From NCBI GenBank assembly GCA_008632985.1, contig QPGO01000110.1, positions 62,001 to 126,000 on the forward strand: a stretch of DNA of 64,000 bases, written 5' to 3'. The notes under the pieces are model-generated. The model saw only the letters and a list, made by a program, of their open reading frames with translations, was not told where the DNA came from and did not search any database. Positions 1 to 11,800 of the stretch are shown here, one piece after another (the first letter of the stretch is position 1; each line of letters opens with the position of its first letter). The DNA is from Psammoneis japonica (lineage: Eukaryota). The position numbers and the translations under genes were made by a program.

Positions 1-2338
1 CCAATTTGAGAGTGGCAGACTCCATACAACGCAGCACACGCTCCTTGAGACCGAGGCACATCGTTCGTCCAACGCGTTGATTTGAATGGGGCGCATATGA
101 GCCAAAGTGTCTTTTGGGTTGGCGACGGCTGGAGCATCATTTTGCTGCTTCTGCTGCTTCTTTGAAAGTCGTCATGAGCTTGTTGTACAAGGGCAGGACG
201 TGGTGCAGGGTCTCGATGTAAGCGTAGTGACCCCATCCACGAAGAGAACGAAGCAACTCTCGGTTGGTCCCTTAGGCTGATAAGATGAGAGAATGCTGTC
301 GGTGCGTGCTTGTCGACCAAAAGAAAATGGCCAGCGGTTTCGTGGCCACCACAGGACAAAATGCATAATCCATTATTCATGTCGCCAGTCTCGACAACAT
401 TGATAGAGAACCATTTTTAGCCGTTAAACCAAGCCCAATGATAAGAAACGATGTCACACAGAGTTGGAAGAAACTTCAAAAACAAAACCAAGACGAGGGG
501 ATATCACAGGAACTTATTACGCAGCATACATGTCCAAGTCCTGTTTGTTGTCGTACATTCGTTTGTGTACCGGTGCGTCATTAGAAGATTTGACGAGTCG
601 GAGGCATGGCGCGTTGCACTTTCTGGTGCCCTTGGGCTGGGTTTTGTGTGGAAAGACAAGTTTTTGTCTCCCTTGGCTAAGCGGAACTATTGCCAAAACT
701 GAATTCATCAGTGTTATTACCCAGTTCATTTCAGCAGGTGACTATCTCTCGCTTGTTTGAAGACATGAATCGATTCTCTAGGATCAATTGTCATGTCAAG
801 GCATGCAGAAAACGTCGTAAGGTCGCTCAAAACTAAACGACTATCTCCGGCAAAGGTACAGAGAAGCCATCCCGTGTCCACGTAACGTCGTCTCAGCCGC
901 GCTCCAGAACAATCTCAGATGTGAAGAGCCCGTTGACGGCGATGCTTGATAAATACATGCCGAACACAGAAAGGAACGGACTGCAAATCGAAAGTGCAAA
1001 AGGCCAACGGTTGAGACCAACAAAGAGTTCGACAAAAGGACGAATGTCTCCTTGTGAACAAATGCAAGGGGAATGACGCACAATAGCACGCAGCAGCCTT
1101 GGATCTAGTTGCACAGTACTTCAGTCGTCTTGTGTGATATGAAACCATTCATGCGCCATGACTTTGAGTTTCTTGACGGCATCGCATAAATCGCTCCACC
1201 AATAACGCCGACGAGGCCGTAAACAATGGAAATGAAATAGACATGGCAGAGCCACGCCGTGGCAAGAAATGGGAAGGTGCAGTAGATTCCTCAGAATCAT
1301 GCGGTTCACCAAAACGGCGACAACAGACGAAACAGCTTCGGGTGAAGGCGCAACAAAGCACTGCAAATCCATTCGATGGGGCACTTCCAGCACAAAGAGT
1401 GCACTGCCATGGGAAATCCGAAGTAGCCAGGTACGGCCGCCGACACAGACGTCAAGTTTATGGCTCTTGCAGACAAGACTGACTGTCGCGTCACGACACC
1501 CAAGTAGGAGCCAATCATGCCAACAGCCAAAATAAGGCTCCCAAGGATAGACCAGACACCATTTTGGCAGTCGAAAAAACACAGAGATTGACAAATATCA
1601 GAGTCCTGAACTCCCCTAGAATGCAGCGACTTGATCCATTCATTTTGCCTCGGAAGAGGTTTCGGTGAAACGACAAAGATGTAAGACAGAATCTACAACG
1701 TGATGCCAGCGAGAGAGTAGATGGTTAAATGGACCAAACCGAATAGACAAAATAAGAACCCACCGATGTAAAGCAAGACTTACCCCGCCAAGGATAGATG
1801 AGCAAAGCCAACCGTAGTGCGGAAGAGGGAAATGCACATCCAAGTCGGTAAAGAACCCCATCATGTGCAGTTGCTCAGGAAGTGTCTTCCATGTGAACTC
1901 CACACGAAAGTCTCCCCAAGTCCACTAAAATAGGCTTTTCTGGAAGTAGACGTATCCACAACATTTTGGGGCTTTGATTTCGTTGACGACGCTGGGACAC
2001 TTTCACGAGAAACGAGCTTCTTGCTCGGGGTGCTTTTCGTGGGAGAAGTGCTCGTAATTTTCTTAGAAGGAGCCGGCAATGCCTGTGTTTTCAACGTGCG
2101 GTTACTCGAGAAACTCGATCTTGCCAATCTCCATCGGAATGGACTGCTCAAGAAGTTCCCGCCGATTCTCAGGCCTTTTAGAAACGTGCAATCCCTGAAC
2201 TACCTTTCCTTTGAACTCTCCGAGTACTCCCCGAAGTTCGAAATGTCCAGGACAAGCAAATACGATAGCTTGACAAACGGGAGCAGGATGCCTTCGTAGA
2301 TGAAGTCTTCAAGCCAATAATCAAGCGACACAGGGTCG

Positions 2339-2915
2339 TCAACTCTTGGGAGAAATGATGCCCTGCGACTCCGTCATTTGTAAGTCGTTGTGCAGATTAA
2401 ACTTCGCCAGTGGAGTGGGCAGCACAGATATCTCCGGGGGTAGCACCTCCCTGAGACGATTGTTCGGGAGCTCCAGCGAAACGACAGACCTGCCGATCCC
2501 ATGACAGACAACGCCTTTCCAAGTACATTCTTCCGCGTTCAACAGCCACTTGTCCGCAGAAATCAAGGTATGAGAATTTTCCGTATCAGGTGTTCTGACG
2601 TAGAAACAACCCAAAACCCAGCGCTGGATTTTCTGTGCTTCAGAGTAGCGAGTTAGATTCGCATTTTCTTGAAGCCACGCCAGAGCGATCGACTGATAGC
2701 TTTTTGGGTTATTACTCTCTGCCTCACCTTTGGAGGCAACCTTGGACAACGTTTCCGACAGAGACAGCGTGCCGCTTGATCCACTCTCGTTGCTCGAGTC
2801 GTCCTGCAGGGAAGATGTAACCAGCGATCAGCATGCCCATCATAAACGCCTCAGCAATTAGAGCCAAGATCCAGCCGCTGACGCAGCAAATCACCACTTT
2901 GCGGCGATCGCACAT
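2339..2915 (-). pseudogene. Truncated leucine-rich-repeat receptor-like protein fragment (TM segment + LRR N-cap)
   Basis: ORF 2724-2915 is hydrophobic (TM-like). ORF 2339-2749 has SYQSIALAWL..QRWVLGCFY..WL..EECTWKGVVC..VVSLELPNNRL, typical of diatom LRR proteins. Only about one LRR before the stop. Confidence 0.5.
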
Positions 2916-5149
2916 ATTGTTGCCTCTGTGGAGAGGTAGCAGCTCTCCGGAAGAAGGTCGACAAAAACTTCTTCGTTTCCTATAGGTGCCAACTTACTTT
3001 CCTCTTTGAAGAACAGTGAACTTGTATTCGACATGAATTGAGCTCCCGTCGAAATAAGAATCTTGCTTACGCTCCTTCGTCGCCCGTCTTGTGATAGGTT
3101 GCCTTTCCGGCCTTTTGCTTGTTACTCTTCTTACCAGCGTTTAAAGCGTCAACGAGTTTTGATCGGCAGCGATAGCTGAGTTGGTCAAATCACTTGAGGA
3201 CCCCGAACTCGTTGAACTTGAATCCTGTTTCGAGTCATCGGATGAGCTCGCTCGGCGGGTAGCATGTCGTCTGGTCCGTGCACGGGAGAGCTTCTCCAGC
3301 TCCTTTGTTCCGTAACGGGACAGCTCAAACGTACGGTAGTCGCGTGGCAAAGATATCCTGATCCTTGTGCGCTTTGTGCTGAAGAAGACGCTTGCCGACT
3401 CTCACGTTGTAATTCATACCTTGACAACTCTGGGACCTGCTGGCGAAGGAATTCGCCGCCCTAACTATACAACTGTTTGCCGTTCCACTCTGGAAAAGCC
3501 AACTTCGGCCCAATCTACAAATCCATTATCAGAAGAGTCGATGCTTCGCTTCGACGGCTGCTTATCTTGGATTGCGAGCATTATTTCTGGTTCCAAGAGA
3601 AGCATAATTCCATATCGGTCGAATCCAACGAGGCCCTTCTATTGTTACCTCCAGCAGACTGCTCATAGCGATGGAGTGCCTCTCGTTCACCTTTAGACAG
3701 GCCCAGCTCCTCCCAACCCACTGAACTTACTCATATCTGGGTTGTAGATCAAGTCGTCTGCACAAGAGTTTAGCAATTTCTTTCCAAGACACTGCTTTCG
3801 ATGCAGTTCGGTTGAAAACGCATTCAGGAAATGACCTAAGGTTGATGTACGCTCATCCATTTGAACCAGCGGGAGGATGGTTGGCTCCTGTATCAATCAC
3901 ATATCAATCTTGCCATGTTGGCCATATGAAAAGTCAAGAGTTGCTCGAAGCTTCGTCCAAGCGATTCCTGTCCTAGCGATAAGGAGGCCATGAGGCTTCT
4001 TCTTGCTCATCATGGATTAATGCTTTATCAAATCATGACTGAGTGCCACGTTAATGTCGTCGTGGGCCAACATTGACTTTTTCGGGTGCTTGAATCCGTA
4101 GCATTTCCAATCTTATCTTTTGTGATTAACTGCCACATGGTGACTCTCGAGATGAATTCGATGACGCAAGTACGTTATCGATTCGCAGACTTGAAATATG
4201 ATGTCTGCAGCACCTGTATCCATTCCTATTGCAAGGTCAGTTGAAAAGGCTTAACATGTCACCAATAATCCTCGATTAGCGCTGCAGGGATAATTTGCTT
4301 GGAAGGTGTTGGCATTGTCTCTGTATGGATGCCAGAGTTATTCACAGGAGAGCTCAGAGCTGAAGAGTTTGATTTCTCCTTTCGCCCCGTTATCATGAAT
4401 TGCTGCGATACACCAGATGCATGCTGTCCTTCTCCGTATTGCTATCATTACTCGTCTTGATACGAATTATTCTCAATTTTCTAATTGCTGCTGTTCTTGT
4501 CGCTGCTGTCGCTCTTGTCGCGCTTGCTCTTGTAATAATCTTGCAGCCTAGAGGCGACAATCGCTTCAGGTTTCTCGTGAGAAAACAAATCGTGTCCTCG
4601 CTTCTCAATCTTTCGTACACTGGAAAAGTGCAAAGGCCAACAAACGTACTCTAGACGCTACAAATACTTGTGTGCGAGATCCTCCCGGAATCTTCTTGAC
4701 TGCGCAGAAAGTACGGTAGATGAATGAGAGAATGGTGAGACGCGGACGAAAGAAGATAGAGCTGCGTCTCATAATCTTTTTAAAAGCTAATTAACTTACT
4801 CAATGTTTCAAGCCCCATGTGTCTGTTGCGCTTGTTGGTTGCTGAGCGGGTATGTTTTGAGTTTGATGTCCGCCATGGTGACCTGTACCAATTACAGACC
4901 TCCCAAGCCGGGAGTGCTATGTCATCGCATCATCGCCACGCATCATCAATCGCCATCGTGGTCTATGCGTCGACCGAAAATGCCTAAGGCGCTCCGATAA
5001 CACCCGAACACCGCACCGCGATCTTCAACTTTGTCCAGATTGCCATGTCCAGGTTGCAATCATCATCTTCAAACACTTTGCTGAGCACTTCCATGATGTG
5101 TAGATGAGTGGCCATAATGTGGTTCTCTTCATTTTTCGTGGTGTATCTG

Positions 5150-8100
5150 TCCTGTCAAAATGACATTTGAGGGCGAAGGTGTCTGTGTCGTGTCAGTGAG
5201 ACATTTCAGGGTGTGTGAAGAAGTGCTCTGCTCGCCCTTGCCACACACTTGCTCTGGAAACAGGAAGAGAGAGAGACTGGGCCATTGGTTGGGGGCTCTG
5301 ACTACCCAACTTGTGGGTGGAAGACAAGAATGGCTGCACCACCCCTTTGCTGGGAATGCAAGAGCGAACTTCCGTGAAGCGGGGGTTGTCTGGCTTCCTG
5401 AGTTGGCAGATGACTGCAGCCATTTTTGATGGAGTGTCAAGCCCCAGAGACTCTGGCTCAGTGGAAGCAAGAAAAGCTGGGGAAGATGTGTGCTTGTTGC
5501 CTGACAACCCCTTTGTCATTCCTTGAACCAATGCAACAACAAAACTCTCCAGTGCCAGCTTGGCGGTGAGTGACCCAAAAATGGGCTGTTGGGGCTCATC
5601 TTTGAGAATGAGGTCTGCAAAGCAGGTCTGGCTGCTCTCGGTGTGTTTGGCACCAAGGGTGACATGGAATGCTTTTCATGATCAAGGGTGAGCAGCTGCG
5701 GCATCAGGCAGCCATTGCTTGCTCTTGTGGTGCTCAGCTCAACTTGAGAAATTCTCAAGCATTTGGTGATCTCTTTCTGAAGCTGCCTGTGCTGAGCCAA
5801 GTCATTTGTTGTGTGGCCATGCAGGCAAAAATGCACCAATTTTGAACACTCTGCTGCTTGAGAGCTGAATTTTAGAAATTCTCAGTGCTTGTCCTTGACT
5901 GTGAATATAGCTGGTCAATGCCACCAACCCCCCAGCACTGGCCAAGTCAGGCTCAACATTGTGTTGGTGGCCCTTCATGTCAGAGAAAGGCAGCTCTTCC
6001 TCTTGCTTGTTTCCTGAACATGCTGTCATCCTCTTGATTGGCAACAGCTTTGTCGCAGGCACCCCCCATCCACGCGGCAATGGCAAATTGTTCCCGGTCA
6101 GGACATGGGGGTGGCCCATGATGTTTTGGAACAATTGCTCAAGGGATGCTTCTTTGCTCTTGAGGGCCAGCAAGAGAGAGAAGCTTTGCTTCAAACCTGA
6201 TCCAATGATTGCAAATTGTCCTGTTCTTGGATGCTGGGATTGTGCCAAAGACTGGTGTCTGCTGGGGCACTGTCAAGAGTTCCCTCCTTGACTTGCTTTT
6301 GTCCTGACACCCAGCCTCCTCTTGGTTCTGCTTTTGTGGCAGCCAATCTTGACGGACATGGCAGCCCTCCTCTCCTTCCTTGCCATCATTTTGGACTGGA
6401 CAGCCTTGGGCAACTCTCTCTCTCTCTCTCCTTGCTTGTTGGATGACTTGGCCAAAGAAATCACTCGTCAGCTCTTTGCTGGTGCTTGTTTTTTTTGTTT
6501 TTGAGATGTTGGCCTCCTTTCTGACAGAGGAGCCTTCATGCTTTCATCACTTCAGGATCCATCCTTGGCAAGCCTGTTGCCTTGGTCTTGACAATCTTTG
6601 TTCCTGAGTTTTGTTGGAGATGAGTTTGTCCCCTGCTTCAGTGCTGACAGGCAGTTTTCTTGGTTTTCTGCGCAAATTTCTGTGCTTCTCTTGCAAAAAC
6701 TGAAAAGGTTGACCAGTGCATCAGAGGGGTCATGCACCTCACAGGTCTGATTCATTTTGCATCTCCTCATTGCCCACAAGGTGCTCAAACCATCACATCT
6801 CCAGAGGAGTTTTTTGGGAGCTGCTGTGCTCTCCCAAAAGTTGTCTGGTGGCTGGTGCTGCCTTTTTAGAATTTTGACTTTCCTGTCCAAGACCAAAAAA
6901 TGGCTGGCTGTTTGCTCACAGCTTTTTTTTGTGGAACATCATGTGTGAGATGCTGCTTTAAAACTGAGCCCATCAGAGTGAGCCACAAAATTTGGCGACA
7001 CCAACCAAATGACAGCGATGGCATTTTTCTCTCAGCTTTTTCTGCTTGCTGCAACCCACAACTGCAAAAACATGCACAGCAGCATGGCTCAACAATGCAA
7101 AGAAGCACCATGGGAAAAAAGAGCAGACACAGACACAACATGAGCATGATGGGAAATCAGCCACAGACAGCTGATGCATGATCAAAAGCAAAAAGAGCAT
7201 GTCCACTCATGAGAATCTCAGACCTCATCTCTGAGTTGTTTTCCAATCACTTGTCCTCACCAGAGAGAAAGAAAATGTCAGGAGATTCAGTGTGGACACA
7301 GGTCATTCCAGCCACACAAACCTCCAAGTCAGTGGCGCTGCTGCAGTTGCCAACAAAGTGAGATTGGGCTCTGACAATGGGCTCATTGCAAGGTTTTGCT
7401 GCTGAGTCTTTCATGCAGTTCTTGATTGCACAGAGTGTGGAAAAGGATTGAAAGTCAAGCAAGCAAGGTGCTGCTGTTGGCCTCAACAGCTCACAAGAAA
7501 GCAGCAGCAAAAGCAATTTGAAAGTGCAGGGGGCTCACAGCATCTGTTGCATTTCTGCAGTGCAGCCACATCATGGAAGGCAAAGCACAAGCAAACACCA
7601 TTGCTTGGGCAATGTGCCTGATTGGCAAACACAGGAATTTTTCTTCAGCACAGTCCTTCCATGAGCCACTTCATTTGGAGACAGAAAGATTGTGCGGATT
7701 GTGTCAAGGACCCTCCACATCATGAAGGGACTCTTGCACTTGGATGTGGTCTGGTGGCAGTGCTGTCCACATGACCTCACAGTGGGAGAATCCTTCCACT
7801 GTGCTTGCTGCTGGTGGCAATGACATTGTCAAAAAGGCAGCCAAGTGTGCAATGGCCATGAAGCCAGAACATGGGCCCATGCAGCAACTCACGTCATGGA
7901 AGACATTGCACACATTGGCATCTTGCATGTGGCAAAAAGTCAGAGAACATGAAGGCATGCAACAGGTGTTGCATTTCTTGGCATTGCTGCAGCGATGACT
8001 GCCCTGCCAAGGATTGGCGCAAGAGCCACAAGCGTGCAATGCAGCCCGCTGGAGGCCATGCCACAAGGAGCAGGCATTTCATGCACGTCAATCTCAGCTT

Positions 8101-8234
8101 TACAAATGGCGGCTTTGTGCACCTGAGGGACATGTGCCTCCAGAGGCTGCCAAGACATGTCCACATGAATCACCCAACATGCATCTGTGCAATGTCAAGC
8201 CAGACAACACACACTGCAACTGTCCGTTTTGCGT
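5150..8234. other. TpA- and CpG-depleted degenerate domain (decayed repeat/gene copies), host site of Copia element 1
   Basis: Only about 7 TpA in ~3 kb by manual count; strong TG/CA excess; overlapping Cys/His-rich, Tyr-poor ORFs. Confidence 0.8.
7915..8045 (+). pseudogene. MYND-type zinc finger remnant
   Basis: ACGKKSENMKACNRCCISWHCCSDDCPAKDWRKSHKR matches the MYND spacing C..C..CxxC..YCSxxCQxxDW..HK. Confidence 0.6.
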
Positions 8235-8403
8235 TGACAGACATCCGAGATGGGGAGTGCACTCCCTTGTGTCGGACAGACTGGCACAGACAGCATGGAG
8301 AGATCCGATGATCTCTCCTTTGCTCACTTTCTTTCTCATCTAGTGCACGATTGTCATCTGTCCTAGACATCCGTTAGATTGTCCCGATGCCGCTAGTCCG
8401 CAA
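8235..8403 (+). repeat. 5' LTR of Copia element 1
   Basis: Direct repeat of 15148-15320; begins TGACAG, ends CCGCAA. Confidence 0.95.
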
Positions 8404-8413
8404 GGTTGTGAGC
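8404..8413 (+). other. Primer-binding site (half-tRNA-iMet type), mutated
   Basis: GGTTGTGAGC directly after the LTR; one TA->TG change from GGTTATGAGC, the complement of the tRNA-iMet anticodon arm GCTCATAACC. Confidence 0.7.
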
Positions 8414-8843
8414 AGCAGTGTGCTGTTCCTCTTCTTCTGTGCTCCTCTGCTGCAATGCCCGTTGTGTGGTTTGGCGACTTTTTCTTCGTTGAAATCGTCA
8501 TCATTGTCACAGCCATTTTTTCACCTCTCGATTTGTGATCAAACGACCACCGCAGAACACATGCCAGAGCTCTGCGCAGGAATTTAATTTTTTTCCCGCG
8601 CAACCATGGTGAACAAAAATCAAAATGCCGTCGATTTGACCAAGATCAAGTCGATGCTGGTTGCATTCAACCCCCAGCATGGCTTGCCAGATGCCCATCA
8701 TTGCCTGAACATCCTTTGTTCCGACGAAGACACCTGCTCCTGAAGAACTTCTGGATGGATTTACTCCTCAAGGCCTCAAGAGCGATGCCACCACTGCTCT
8801 CCGTCACAAGATTGTTCATGACCTCATCATCCCCAAGGCTGCC

Positions 8844-11800
8844 TTGACTGAAGATCTCACACGGATTGGGCCGATCATGGACAAAGCTCCTCTCTTTGTG
8901 GCTGCTCCAGAAGCTTCTCTGGTTCATCTAAATCTTGCCAATCTTCAGAAGACTGTGATTGGCATGATCTCAGATGGTCAAAATGCCACAACGGTCTGTG
9001 TTGAGACCATGTTTCTCTTCTTCCGTCCTGATTTCCCGTCGCATGCATGTTGGGACGACATCTCGGATGCTCCACATTCAAAGACATCTCCAACCTCAAG
9101 TTCTGTGCCTCCACCGGTTGCTGCCACAAGTCCCACTCCTGAAGACTTTGCCAAGGCCTCAGCTGCTCATTTGCCTGGTCCAAAACAGTTTGAGCAAGCC
9201 ACGACAAACGCACTGAAGAACTCTGCTCCCAAGACATCATCTTTTGCACCGTCTGCCATGACTGCTGCTGGTGCGGCTTCTTCATTGACTGCTGCTAGTG
9301 CTTTGCACACCTTCAACCCGAAAGGACTTCCAAAGGATGTGCTGGCTTGCCATCAATGCAAAGAAGCCGGGAAAGCAGTGCTCGGAAAATCACTGGCACC
9401 TTGCAAGTCTGGAAACCTTTGTTGCAAGGACGGCACTGAGCGTCTCATCCTTGCCGATGGTTCTCTCTTTGTTCATCACACTGACTGGGATGCAAAGTCT
9501 TTCCTTTGTGACCCCCTCACTTGTGATGACATCTCTCCTCAAGGAATCCGTGCATGGCACACTGCTGTCACCCAACAAGCCTCGGCTTGTGGCACACACA
9601 TGCATCCTCTGTGGTGTTTTATCAAGGATGGTGGAAACTGGGGTTTCACCTGTGGCAATGATCCAACCGATGATCCACCTCTCCAAATGACGGCGGCACT
9701 TGACTGAATGAAACTGACCATCTTCCAGCACATTCAGAAAGTTGGAATTTTTCCTGCAGACTCCAAATGCCCTGACATTGTTCGTCAATGCTGTGGTGAT
9801 GGATGTGTGGCTGTCAAGATGATTCTCTTTGACATCCCACTGATTTGGACGAAGCGTCTGCATGAGTTGATCAAGAGCCACCCGCACCAAAACAATCTTA
9901 CGGTCCTTAGCTGCTGTGCTCCATTCAGAGACTGCCTCCAGCTACGATCCATCATCTCCAATGTTGATGCCTCTCTTGATGACCCTGGTGAGCTCGACAT
10001 CTTTCTCAGCAACACCCACTGTGGCGAGCACCTTCACCGTAAAACAGCGGATGCCCGGGAAGACAAGAACCAACAACACAAGTTCACCCAGAAGAAAATT
10101 GTTGAAACTGTCAGTGCGATTCTCAAGGAACCGGACAGCCCAGCTCTTCATGTCAAGGACCCTCCCAAATGTCCTCCACGTCGTCTTCACACTTTGCCTC
10201 CTCCTCCTCTCGCAGCTCCTGTCCGCGGTCTTGACTTGCTTCCCAAAGATGAAGTTTCTACTCTGCCTCCTGCGATTGAGGAGCCTCCCAAGGCAACTGA
10301 ACCTCCTGCTGTGGAAGAACCTGCGGAAACCATGGAGCATTTTGTGAATGAACTTGCTGCTGTGGATGTTCCTGCGCAGATGATGATGCACAAGCCCTCC
10401 ATGGTGTCCACAAGGCCTGCATCCACAGGATCAAGTCCTCTCCTGCCATTGCACAGAACCGTCCATGTGTTGTTTGTGGCAATGACCACTTGTTCCATGA
10501 GTGTCCTGTGTTGAATGATGCTGAGCACCTGCGCACTCATCTCATTCAGTTCTCCCAGTTCCTTCAATGTGATCAGCGTGCTCGTGATGCACCCAAGTCT
10601 GACACGGCCAGAAAGGATTTTTCCCAGGGCTGTTGTCATGTTCGGACACACAATGCCGCCCATCCTCCTCCCATCCAAAAACTCCTGCAAGCGGGGCAAC
10701 TGTGAAAGAGGGTCCAACCGACTCGTTGCCTTCCGCTGATGCTCCTCTTTCACCTGTCTCATTTGCCAACCTTCTTTTGGGCTCGACAAAGGCTGGTGCT
10801 CCTGATCCCAAGACGATTCCTGATGATGACCCTGGTGATCATAATCAGGGGAGGGCATTAGATCCCTCTACACTGGATGCTGCTGTTCCATTGTCTGCTG
10901 ATCAAGACCAAGAATTTGAGCATCTTGATGTGACCAACACCCAGCATTTGTCACCTCTCAGTGCCACACGCATCTCCCCAATTTTTTCTCCCCCGGAATC
11001 ACCTGCGACCTTTGCATCCTTGACTGCTCCAGTTGTTCCCATCAATCATGTCCTTTGTGATTCAACGATTTGTCATGCACAGATTGATGCTGGCACTTGG
11101 GCATCCTGTGCAGGGGACAAGAAACTCCTCCATGCCCATGCTCCCTTTGGACCGGATGATCCTTGTCCTTTGAAGATGCTTCCTGCTGCTGAAGGCTCTG
11201 ATGTGGTTCCTCATGGCTTTGGTTGTCTACAGGTGCCTGCAGACAATCCTGAAGGTTTTCTTCTTGTGCGCACCTTTTGCCATCCCAGCCTGCGTTCCAC
11301 TTTGATTGACGAGCATGATTTTGCGCAGGCTTCTGGTTTCAAACCTCAGTCCATTCGCTCCGAGCTTCTTGAGAAGACATGCGCCGACGGCACTTGCACT
11401 TACACTGCTTCCACTGATGCTCAAGAGGTGGTTGTCCATGGCACACTTCGACATGGCAAGGTCTTCACACAACCCCTGGTTCCTCCGTCTGCGTCCAATG
11501 TCCCTTCGACATCACTGACTCCTGACTTGTCCTTGGTTGATGACACTGATGATGCCTGTCAACGTGCAGTCTTTTTTGTCAACATCCAACAAGGTCCATC
11601 CGATCCCTTGCTGATGGACACAGAGCTGTTTTCCATGCAGTGTGACACAGCTCCCAACATCTCCCCTCCATTGTCTGCCTCTGCTCCTGTCCGCTCTCTC
11701 AAAGTTGAGACTGAACGTCTTCCATGGCATCAACGCCTTGGACATCCCAGCGATCACTGTTTGTGCCATGCTCACAAGTGTGTCAAGGGCGTCCCCAAGT

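Noticed and set aside
1..5000. Short ORFs at 172-2300 and 3100-5000 as genes
   Set aside because: No recognisable motifs; possibly fragments of decayed or frameshifted genes that I cannot support.
5129..8200. Dense overlapping Cys/His-rich ORFs in all six frames (also 17000-19000, 27000-34000, 57800-63400) as novel metal-binding proteins
   Set aside because: Expected by-product of losing TAA/TAG stops and gaining TG/CA; no coherent domain structure.
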